Part shown: piece by piece, positions 1 through 10,832 of the stretch
How the letters are laid out: each line of letters starts with the position of its first letter
How positions within the stretch are numbered: the first letter of the stretch is position 1
NCBI GenBank assembly: GCA_043228905.1
Contig: JBHGNT010000001.1
Span: forward strand, 21,328,001 to 21,392,000
DNA length: 64,000 nt
Source: Azolla caroliniana
Lineage: Eukaryota > Plantae > Polypodiophyta
Direction: 5' to 3'
Notes under the pieces: generated by a model
Database searches by the model: none
The model's input: the letters and a program-made list of their open reading frames with translations, nothing else
Told to the model about the DNA's origin: nothing
Made by a program: the position numbers and the translations under genes

Positions 1-1077
1 GAAGATGATGACGGTTCGTGTGGTGCTAGCGGTTGCTGCAGCAAGGGGGTGGCATCTTCACAAAATGGACGTGAAGAATGCATTTCTTCAAGGTGATCTT
101 AACGAATAGGTCTACATGATCCAACCCCCCGGATTTCAGTTAGAGATGAACAAGTCAGCAGACTGTTGGCTCAAGAAGTCGCTTTATGGCTTGAAGCAAG
201 CCCCCCGCGCTTCGAATTCGAAAATCATGCACCGGTTGCGTAATGTGGGGTTTGTGGCCTCGAAGTCAGACTCTTTGTTGTTCATCCGGAAAGGTTTGGA
301 AGGTCTGGTATGTATCTTGTTATACGTGGACGATTTGGTCATCACCGGACCCGACCTTGCTGAAATCGACCGAGTGAAGTCCCAATTGTCAGACACATTC
401 GAAATGAAGGACCTGTGGGACTTTCATTACTTCCTCGGGATCAAAGTGATCCATACCCCCGACGGCATATTGCTCTCACAATGACACTATGTGCTGAATA
501 TGATGTTCAAGTTCGGCATGACCGATTGCCGACCAATCTCCACATCCCTAGACCGGAACCTGAAGCTTCGTCCCGACTCCGGATCGGTTTGCAACGATAA
601 ACGGTTTGTCAGAAGCCTCATTTACCTTACTATCACCCGACCTGACATTAGTTATCTGGTCGGGATGATCAGTTAGTTTATGCAAAAACCGACCATGGAG
701 CACGTTCAGTGAGTGCACCGACTATTGAGGTATGTTAGCGGCACTAAGGACCGAAGACTATTATACCGATACAGTATAACCGAAAAGCTAGTCGGTTATA
801 TAGATGCCAATTGGGCCTGCGATGTGTCTGCTCGACGGTCAACTTTCGGTTATATGTTCTCTCTAGGTAGCGTGACTGTTGCATGGAGCAGCAAAAAGCA
901 ACCGAATGTGGCTCTATTGAGCATTGAGGTTGAGTATTGGGATGCTACCGTCGCCACCTGTGAAGCCATCTAGCTTTGGCGGTTGTTGCAAGACCTCTGG
1001 ATCGAAATACCGACTCCCATCCCAATCTACTGTGACAACATAAGTAGAATGCAGCTGGCCAAGAACCCTGTGTTCCA
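1..1077 (+). pseudogene. Copia pol fragment (RT and RNase H), decayed
   Basis: Motifs [35 protein letters not shown]; multiple stops and frameshifts. Confidence 0.95.
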
Positions 1078-1494
1078 TGGTTATCCTGGGCTAGACTAGC
1101 CACAAACACAGGGTGTCCTTCCGGATCACTTCACCAAAGGGGTGGTAATCCGATTGTTTCCGGATCGGTTCCGGATTCGCCATATAATAATGATTGATTA
1201 ACACGTGTAAGATATACCAATTAAGCACAAACAATAAGTAGACAAGATACACAATACTCAAATCCAAAAACAAACTTATATTACTTCCGTCGTTCATCAC
1301 ATTGATTCACGGATCCTTTTATAGGTCTCTGGTTTGAAGTACAAAATGGTGCCATATCGGCAATTGGCTATGAATCGGTCCGGATCCAGATCAGTGCAAC
1401 TATTCCAGATCTGTTTGTTATTAATCTAAATATATAATCCAACTCCAGCTTGTCCCTTTCCACATTTGTCCTCCGAACCATACTCTGGCCAACA
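1078..1494 (-). repeat. 3' LTR of Gypsy A
   Basis: TG...CA termini; aligns with 46300-46773 apart from two small deletions. Confidence 0.92.
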
Positions 1495-1496
1495 CA

Positions 1497-1536
1497 TGGC
1501 ACGCTTGTGGGACAGTGGCTTGCACGTCGAGCCTAC
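1497..1536 (-). other. tRNA-3'-end-like motif at the PPT position of Gypsy A
   Basis: Sense strand GTAGGCTCGA[CGTGCAAGCCACT]GTCCCACAAGCGTGCCA, then TG, then the LTR. Confidence 0.75.
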
Positions 1537-1929
1537 GGGTTAGCTATGTTACTCCTCATTTAGTATGTCCAAAATGCTCTAATCCAAGGGTTCGAGTGGT
1601 TCATCCCTATGTTGCTACTGCTCCCGTTGCTCTCTGGCTACTTCCGGTTGCTGTTGTTCTTGTCCTACTCTAGCTCTGGCGTTGTCGTGATGTGGCGTGC
1701 TCGAGTGTGGGGAAAACCTGCAAAAGGGGGGGTCAAAATGTGCATGTGCAAAGTGTGTGCACACAAAGGCAATTAATTGTGCATATGCAAAAGAAAAAGG
1801 AAAAGAAAGGGTGGAAAGGAGGTATAGAAGCCTGTGTAAAAAGCAAGAGAGAGGAGAGATAAAAAGTAGAGAGGAGGCAGGCTATGAATTAGTAGATATA
1901 GAATTATATATTATAGAAGAGAGAGTTAA

Positions 1930-1983
1930 TGGACTAGTGGATAGTCACATTGACTTCTAGCTAGAGGTGCACGGTTCAAATCC
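1930..1983 (+). promoter_or_regulatory. tRNA-like A-box/B-box module in C-family LTR (also 9671-9724 and 26628-26681)
   Basis: TGGACTAGTGG (A-box-like), GACTTCTA (anticodon-loop-like), GGTTCAAATCC (B-box) at tRNA-like spacing. Confidence 0.6.
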
Positions 1984-2529
1984 GGTCTTACAATGTAGTG
2001 TGATTTAAGGAATTTTATTCCTTTTGCATTGAAGACAAAATTGGCGACCCTCTTCCTTTTTTTCCTATAAAAGGAGGTCGAAGGGGGCTCATTTAGGAGG
2101 ATGTTTTGGGAGGAGGAAACTATTGCCATTTTCTCTTCATCTCATACCCCTTCATCCCCTCATCGCCATGTGCTTGTCTTCTTCGCATTGGCACTCGAAG
2201 TGCTCGTTTATGGTGCTCGTGAGCCCGAGCTTCGTTGGTTCGACGTTGGTTCACCCCCGTTCGTTGTAGCCAGCCCATGTGGTCGGGTGGTCGTGGTTCG
2301 CAGGGGTCTGCATTTTTGTGGTGCTCGTGTGTTTGTCTTCGTCGTGTTTGGATTTTCTTTTGTCTCTACGGGCATTTAGTATTTATATTTTGTTGAGCTT
2401 ATGGTTAACTAGAAGTTGCCACATTGTAATCAAACCTTATTTTATAAAGGGCCCTCTTGTGTTGGAATCGAACACATCTTTATTTCTTTAGCCAATATCA
2501 TTTGTGTTTTTTTTTCTTTCTTTCTTTGT

Positions 2530-4045
2530 TCTCGTCTCCTTGTACGTTCGGCCGTCTTGTGACGAGGGGACCGTTCGGGCTTGCCCATGCACCTCTCCTC
2601 CTCATAAAGGCGTACGAGCATTTGTGTATGTTTGTGTCTTCCTTGTACGTTCGGCCGTCTTGTGATGAGAGGACCGTTCGGGCTTGCCCATGCACCTCTC
2701 CTCCTCATAAAGGCGTACGAGCATTTGTGTGTGTGTTTGTGTCTTCCTTGTACGTTCGGCCGTCTTGTGATGAGGGACCGTTTCGGGCTTGCCCATGCAC
2801 CTCTCCTCCTCATAAAGGCGTACGAGCATTTTGTGCGTGTGTTTGTGTCTTCCTTGTACGTTTGGCTGTCTTGTGACGAGGGAGTGTTTCGGGCGTGCCC
2901 ATGCACCTCTCCTCCTCATAAAGGCGTATGAGCATTTTGTGCGTGTGTTTGTGTCTTCCTTGTACGTTCGGCCATGTTTTGATGAGGGAGCATTTCGGGC
3001 GTGCCCATGCACCTCTCCTCCTCATAAAGGTGTACGAGCATTTTGTGCGTGTGTTTGTGTCTTCCTTGTACGTTCGGCCGACTTCTGACGAGGGAGCGTT
3101 TTGGGCGTGCCCATGCACCTCTCCTTCTCATAAAGGCGTACGAGCATTTGTGTGTGTGTGTGTGTCTTCCTCGTACGTTAGACTGTCTTGTGATGAGGGA
3201 GCGTTTTTGTTACAAGCATGATAGTATAATATCCCGTGGTCAGAATTTACCGTAGTATTCTATACATGTGGATAAGTGTGAGGGTTAAACGAGAGTATAA
3301 AGAAGGGGAGGATTACTTTTAATCCTCGGGATTGAGACAACCCATTAGGTCAAGTGTGAACATGGCTGGGGGCCTTGGGTATCGCTATAAATAAGAGGCC
3401 TAGCTACCCTCATTTCATCATCTTGTTGACTACATCGAAACTCTGTCTTGTGGTGGGTCAACTCTTGTAGTGAGTGCGCCGGCACCATGTACGACTCGAC
3501 TCCACGACGGTGGTATGGGACGCCGATCGAGGCTCGAGTCCGTCTCGATCCCTTCGCTCGGGGGTGGTCGGGTGGATCGGCATCCTTCTTTCTCTCTCTC
3601 CTTTCTATCTATTTATCGATATTCTATCCTTATCTAATGCTTACATTAGTCTATGTCTCTAATTGTAAAGTAATCCTCCCCTTCTTTACAATCTCGTTTA
3701 ACCCTCACACTTATCCACGTGTATAGAATACTATGGTAAATTTTGACCACGAGATATTATATGGTCATGCCCGTAATAGTTTCGGGCGTGCCCATGCACC
3801 TCTCATCCTCATAAAGACGTACGAGCATTTGTGCGTGTGTTTGTGTCTTCCTTGTACGTTCGGTCGTCTTGTGACGAGGGAGCATTCGGGCTTACCCATG
3901 CACCTCTCCTCCTCATAAAGGCGTACGAGCATTTGTGCGTGTGTTTTGTTTCTTCCTTGTACGTTCGGCCGTCTTGTGACAAGGGAGCGTTCGGGCGTGC
4001 CCATGCACCTCTCCTCCTCATAAAGACGTACGAGCATTCGTGTTT
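2530..4045. repeat. ~105-bp tandem repeat array inside the solo LTR (9 units, one interrupted by 3208-3778)
   Basis: Unit anchor CCTTGTACGTT-like recurs at about 2538, 2641, 2746, 2852, 2958, 3064, 3168, 3850 and 3955. Confidence 0.92.
3208..3778. mobile_element. 571-bp insertion with ~112-bp terminal inverted repeats (fold-back solo LTR or MITE-like element)
   Basis: TGTTAC...GTAATA termini; 3208-3319 is the near-exact reverse complement of 3667-3778; 5-bp TSD GTTTT/GTTTC; internal CTATAAATA. Confidence 0.88.
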
Positions 4046-4320
4046 GTGTTATCCTCCCCTTGTGCGTTCATCTTGCGTGCTCATCTTTGCTTGTACCCAT
4101 TTGATCACTTGGCTCGTGCGGTGATCTCGAAAACTCGACGAGCGTGATCAACGAAAGCCACCAACCCCACAAAAGGGGCAACGAGCCCTTGCTTAGGAAG
4201 GGGTCGGGAAGTAGTATTGTCGTAAAGCAAACCTCAGGTCTTCTCTATCCCTTCGTGCTCCCTAGTCCAAGACCCCCGTGGTCCCGCTCAAGTAACACAC
4301 ACGCGCGAAACTTCGTGACA

Positions 4321-5148
4321 ACGTTTTCTCCATTTTTGGCTTCCGTTGGTTGTTCCATCCCGATTGCTTTTGTCTTACTTGTACCGACTCCTTCTGGAAT
4401 CCCCACTCCGACTTCATTCGGCTGCGGTTCCACTTTGGCTTCGTTCGGCTCCTCCTCCTCATCACTAATGTTTATTGCTACCGCCCTTTTGTCCGCTTCT
4501 AACCGCTGGCACTCCCGCTCATATTGCTCGAACTATAATTGTGTTCCGAGTTGATCATCATCGAGCCTTTCAATCAACATCTGGACAACTTCGAGGTGAG
4601 TGTTGGCCAAGGAAAAGAAGTCGTCCGACAATTCCTCCCGAATGGTAACAATACTTTCTTCGTTCATCTTGTAGAAATTGTCGTCGTCCTTCTTTCGATT
4701 TTTCGCATCGGCTCGAAGGATCTGTAGTTCCGCCGCTTGCTACGACCATTGATTCCATGCCTCTACCGAAAACTCGTCAATATTGGCCTTTGTCCGGTTT
4801 TTCCATGCCATGACTATCAACCGGATTCGTTCGACGCCGAGCTTTGTGCTGTCCTCCGTGGCCTGCTTCTCGTCCTTAGCTGTTTGATGAGGGCGGCGGT
4901 GGGCGTAGCTTGCACTTCATATTCCAGTAGTTTGGTTTGGTAGGTTGTTTGAACCTTGTCCAAAATCATCTTTGCTCGTTCCGTCTCCTCATTGTGCTTT
5001 GCTACGAGCTACGTCCGTTCCCTTGCCACTTCTTCCATCATATGTGCCATGGATGCAACTGTCATCTTCTGCTCATCCGCCAACGTCTCCATTTTCTTTG
5101 CCAATTCCATCCGGACCTCCTTCAATTTTTCTTGCCGCCAGTCGAAAT
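4321..5148 (-). pseudogene. ORF2 of Gypsy A, C-terminal part
   Basis: ELQILRADAKNRKK...FYKMNEESIVTIREELSDDF is homologous to D ORF2. Confidence 0.85.
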
Positions 5149-5651
5149 TGTTGTCCGCTGAAATAGTAATCGACGGACAAGAGCGCAATAATATGGAAAT
5201 AAAATGATATTGTAACGCATGTAACGGTTCACGCGGGAAGCGTGACCGACTAAAAGACCCTACGTATATAAAGGGCAGAAAACCTCTGAGAGAGGTAACG
5301 TGTAATTTTGAATGAAAAGGCGTATCGTAATAGAGTTCTATCTTCTCTGATATTTGTGTGTATCTGTGGTTAATATACTATGTGTCTGTAATTCTTAAGA
5401 GCGTAGGAGTGAGTGGCGGTGTGTGCACTAGCCCACTGTCTAAGGAGCTCGGTTGTAGCCGTCTCCCATATACACTGCTAGGTTACGGGAAGTATCCCCC
5501 TAAGCATTACACACAGACGCTACCATTCGTTGTCACACAGTCACTTGGAAGTCTAGGTCGAAGGACTGACCATAGACAATGTTCCTAATTGGTAACACTT
5601 TTGGCACGCTTGGTGATCTGTGTCTTCTCATAGACGAACATCGACGAATGG

Positions 5652-8600
5652 ATGTTTAGTCGCAGACGTCCTAGAGAACCAACACGACCAGACCGGCCAA
5701 TCACAAGGTCCATCACACGCCAGGAAGAGGAATGCGCACAACAAAAGCCTCGCCTTAGCGACCTCATCACTACATGTCGGGACCATAAAGGTGATTTCCC
5801 GCTCTCCAAATACCTCGGCAATACGCGGGAAGCACGCTCACCACAATGGCACTGTGGTCTTTCCTTGCCCGCCGTAGCCCCCAACATGGCCTTTGCCTAT
5901 CCCCGCTTTAACGACGAAACCGATGCTGCAACCCACATTCGCCTGTTCCTCAATGTCTGGAATGCAAACCACATGGCGCAGAGCTTTTCTGAGGTAGTAG
6001 CGCACCAGTCCAAAATGACGGAGTTCGGGTTAACATTGGATGGGCGAGCGGCGTTTTGGCATTCACAAATGGATCTGCCAGCAATCACGACCTTCGACCA
6101 GCTGCAATCCGCCTTTTTGCGGTTCTTCCATCGAAGGGTTCCACAAATCCTCGGGCAGTTCTACACAATTAAGTAGCTGCCGACCGAGACGATTGCGGAT
6201 TTCAGCTTACGTTTCCAAAATTTACGGCGGAAATTAGAACGGGGCCTGGCGGAGGACGAGGCTAGGGAGACATTTCTGGCGGCATTACGCCGACCCATAC
6301 AGACAACGCTCAACAACAATAGCATGAAAGGGGAAACGACCAATATGGTCATCGAACAGGTGCTACAGCTCAAGCTGGACGACGAAGAGGAAAGGTTTTC
6401 CATGTCCTCATTACGACAAGCGTTACCTCAGGACGAGGAACGACATTTTCGTCAAGCAATCCAATGCACGATTTCATTGAATTCGGGGCATTCCGCAGTG
6501 GAGTGCAACATGCGAATCCATTGTCCAATCTATCACTCGAAAGCTCACACAGTTGAGCAATGCCAATATAATATGTTGAACAAAGCCACGCCCACAGTAC
6601 GCAGCATGGACACACACACGTCCCCCATGCCGTAATAAACAAAGGAGGCAGGAAGACCGACAACGGTATATGTATCGCAACCCACGTGACGACCGGCATT
6701 ACCGGAATCGCCGGAATCAAAACAATTCCGAGGAAGACGGGCCAGAGGAGGAGGACTACCGTGGTCCCCCCAGATATACTAAAGGGGGCCGATGTTATGA
6801 GAATTATCGGCTAACAAACAAACATGGCGGCTTCAATGGACCTCGTGGAAAGCAGCGACAATATTGGGACCACTGGCGATATGACGAAAGCTCGGACGAT
6901 GACTGGCACCAAGAACCACGCCGGGACCAATAGCAACCACCGTGTACGCTCCGACAAACGAAGCCGGACCGTGAGGAGCAAGTCGCACCAGGGGATTGGC
7001 ACACACCACCGGGGCCGAGAGGGCGAATCTAGCATCCATTGTTTTGTTTGTCAGCAGCCCGGACATTATGCCACACAATGCCCAATACGCAAGGGCAAGG
7101 GGCCCGCCGTCAATACGATTACGACAGAAGTGCAGCAAGTCATGACACGTCAGCAAACAAAAACGGTTGATTGGGCCGCGCAAGATGAGATACGACGAAC
7201 AACCCAGGCATGGGTTGAAAAAGCAAACGCGACAAATACGGAACGCATGCGGAAGGAATCTGCAAACACGATGGAGCTAGTGGAGGACGAAGGACCAGCC
7301 CTGGACCCCATTTGGCAAGCACTAGCAGGCTGCGAGATAACGTTAACCATGGAGAAGTTGCTGCAACTAGTCCCACGCTTTCGCTAGGCCGTGGAAGAGC
7401 AGGTAACGGGCAGACCTAGGGTGAGCGTTGCTACGAATTTCACGGACATTAGCGACGGACCTTCTGTAGTGGATCACCACAACCCGGCTATTAAGTTGAT
7501 ATTACACGGTCAAGAAATCCGAGGATGCGTAATCGATGGCGACTCGGGCGTTAATGTAATTAGCGCGAAAACATGCGAACAGTTAGGAATTTCAGAATGG
7601 GAGGCTTGCCCGTTTTGGCTCCGTATGGCAGATACCCGTTCAGTACGACCATTGGGGTTGATACGCAAGGTAGGCATTATCGTGGGAGGACATTGCTTCG
7701 ACATCTCAACGGTAGTCCTTGCCCTGGACGCCCCAGGGGTGTACCTTGTTTTCATCATGTGCTCTCCACGATGAGGCGTACGAACCAAACCCAGAGTCAA
7801 TATTAGAACTAAGCAGAGCACGGGTAGCGTTCGAGAGGGAAATGGAAATTTCACGACGAGTCACCGCCTCAGCCCTGGAAGAAGTAAACGTGGGTATGAC
7901 GTCAGCACCCCGTTTCCTCTTCATCTCAAAAGAATTAAGGCCGGACCAGAGAGACGCGATGATCGAACTACTCAAGAAATATAAAGATGTGTTCGCTTGG
8001 GTTCACGAGGATATGAAGGGGTTAGATTCGAAGTTCTATCAACATAAGATTAATTTAGCAACCAACGCAAAACCGGTCTAGCAACGTCGCTACCGCATGA
8101 ACCCAAACTATGCGACCCGCGTAAAAGAAGAAATTGACAAACTCTTGAAGGCGGGATTCATATGGCCAATTAAACAAGCCACATGGTTAAGCCCGATAGT
8201 AGTCGTACCAAAGAAAAACGGCAAAATACGAGTATGCGTGGATTACCGAAAATTAAACGTCGTAACCATTACAGACGCATTCCCTTTACCATTCACCGAT
8301 AGCGTACTGGATGCCGTCGTAGGGCATGACATGTATAGTTTTTTAGATGGTTTCAGTGGATACAACCAGGTACGCATGCATCCCGATGACCAAGAGAAGA
8401 CAACATTTGTCACAGACTAGGGAGTCTATGTGGCAGTCGTCACGATGTTCGGGCTAAAGACGGCGTCGGTGACATTTCAACGGACAATCACGAAGATTTT
8501 TGGGGAATATATTCTGGCATTCATGCAAGTTTTATTAGACGATTTTGCGGTATATGGGAAAACAACCAACCATTTTACGCATCTGCAACTGTGCCTAGAA

Positions 8601-9420
8601 TGTTGCCGCACCATAGGCTTAAGCCTGAATCCCGTGAAATGTGCCTTCGGCGTTACCAGCGGGGCTCTCCTAGGCCATATAGTCAGTAAGGAAGGAATAG
8701 TGGTCGATCCGAACAAAATCTCCGCGATTACTCAAGCCAAAAATCTGACAAACACGAAATCACTCAGCTGGTTTTTAGGACAAATACGATGGCATAGTTG
8801 GATAATACGATATTTGGCGGACTTCGCCACGTCGTTACATGCCGCCGTGCATCAGACTCCCCTCCAATGGACGGCAACGAAAGATAAGGCCTATGATGCG
8901 CTAAAGATAATGCTCATGCAAGCACTCGTCGTACAACCACTAGTTTGGGCGAAGCCATTCCACGTGTTTGTAGATGCCTCACACATAGCAATAGGAAGTG
9001 CGCTAATGTAGCTCACAGAACCAAATTGGTACCGGCCAGTGTATTACGCTAGTCGCAAATTATCAACAGCGGAGCGTAACTATTCCACAACGGAATGTGA
9101 GGCGTTGGGGATGATCTATAACATCAATAAATTCTAGCATTATCTACTAGGGAGGAAATTCACGTTCCACGTGGATCATTCGACACTACTGTATTTGGTG
9201 GAGAAACAAGCATTGATGGGGAAATTGGCGAGATGGATGCTGCTGCTTCAAGAATTCAATTTTGTAATTTAGCACCGCTCGGGAACGCAACATGCAGTGA
9301 CATATTTTTTGAGTAGACTCGATAATGGAGAAACGACGCAGAAGGACGACGACGACTTTCCGGACGTACACATTCTGTGGGTAGCAGCACTAGCAGAAAG
9401 AACGGAAAAGACCTTTTTGG
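5652..9420 (+). pseudogene. Gypsy B gag-PR-RT-RNase H, decayed
   Basis: EFGLTLDG gag motif, CCHC knuckles, VIDGDSGVN protease, CVDYRKLN/FLDGFSGYNQ/LLDD RT, VFVDAS RNase H; many stops. Confidence 0.95.
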
Positions 9421-10792
9421 TGTCGTGATGTGGCGTGCTCGAGAGTGGGAAAAACTGACGAAAGGGGGGGGTTGAAAAATGTGCATGTGCAATGTGTGTG
9501 CACACAAAAGCGATTAATTGTGCATATGCAAAATAAAAAGGAAAAGAAAGGGTGAAAAGGAGGTATAGAAGCTCGTGCAAAAAGTAAGAGAGATGAGAGA
9601 TAAAAGGTAGAGGGGAGACAAGCTATAAATTTATAGAGATAGAATTATACATTATATAAGAGAGAGTTAGTGGGCTAGTGGATAGCCACATTGACTACTA
9701 GCTAGAGGTGCACGGTTCGAATTTTGACTTACAATGCAATGTGATTTAAGGAATTTTATTCCTTTTTCATTAAAGACAAATTTGGCGACCCTCCCTTCTT
9801 TTTATTTTCCTATAAAAGGAGGTCGAGGGGGGCTCATTCGGGAGGACGTTTTGGGAGGAGGAGACTATCGCCAATTTTCCTTCGAAGCTCTTCATCTCCT
9901 TATTCACCACTTCTCTTCATCTCATACCCCTTCACATATTTATCTCTTTGGTCGATATCATTCGTGTTTCTTTCTCTCCTTCTTTATTTATTTGTGTCTT
10001 CCTTGTACGTTCGGCCATCTTGTGACGAGGGGACCGTTCGGGCTTACCCATGCACCTCTCCTCCTCATAAAGGCGTACGAGCATTTGTGTGTGTGTTTGT
10101 GTCTTCCTTGTACGTTCGGCCGTCTTTTGATGAGGGGACCATTCGGGCTTGCCCATGCACCTCTCCTCCTCATAAAGGCGTACGAGCATTTGTGTGTGTT
10201 TGTGTCTTCCTTGTACGTTCGGTCGTCTTGTGACGAGGGAGCGTTTCGGTCGTGCCCATGCGCCTCTCCTCCTCATAAAGACGTACGCGCATTTTGTGCG
10301 TGTGTTTGTGTCTTCCTTGTATGTTCGACCGTCTCGTGACGAGGGACCGTTTCAGGCTTGCCCATGCACCTCTCCTCCTCATAAAGGCATACGAGCATTT
10401 TGTGCATGTGTTTGTGTTTTTCTTGTACGTTCGGTCGTCTCGTGACGAGGGAGCGTTCAGGCTTGCCCATGCACCTCTCCTCATAAAGACGTACGAACAT
10501 TCGTGTTTGTGTTATTGTCCCATTGTGCGTTCATGTTGCGTGCTCACCTTGCTTGTACCCGTTTGGTCACTTGGCTCGTGAGGTGATCCCGGAAGGTCGA
10601 CAAGTCGTGATCAACGAGAGCCACCGGCCTCACAAAACAAAGGGCAACGAGACCTTGCTTGGGAAGGGGTCGGGAAGTAGTATTGTCGTAAAGCAAACCT
10701 CGGGTCTTCTCTATCCCTTGAGTACTCCCTAGTCCAAGACCCTCGTGGTCCCGCCCAAGTAACACATGTGCGTGAAACTTCGCGACATAAAT

Positions 10793-10810
10793 TGGTGAAC
10801 CCGACGTGAA
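10793..10810 (+). other. PBS complementary to tRNA-Trp 3' end
   Basis: TGGTGAACCCGACGTGAA, 5 nt after the LTR; matches the recalled plant tRNA-Trp(CCA) end ...TTCACGTCGGGTTCACCA. Confidence 0.85.
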
Positions 10811-10832
10811 AGGGCAGCAAGGGAGAACCAAG

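Larger units (their letters stand above)
1683..4320 (+). mobile_element. Solo LTR of the Gypsy C family, inserted in ORF2 of A
   Basis: TGTCGTGATG...CTTCGTGACA; homologous to 9421-10787 and 26378-27850; 4-bp TSD GCGT/ACGT; no internal domain. Confidence 0.9.

Noticed and set aside
1930-1990. Functional tRNA gene
   Set aside because: No acceptor stem and weak anticodon and T stems; reported only as a tRNA-like module
2745-2800. Hammerhead ribozyme (retrozyme) in the 105-bp unit
   Set aside because: TGATGAG and GAAAC occur on opposite strands; no CUGANGA-stem-GAAA core on a single strand
2530-4045. CRISPR-like array or repeat-encoded proteins
   Set aside because: Units are contiguous with no unique spacers, lie inside LTRs and have no cas genes nearby; the many ORFs are by-products of the repeat
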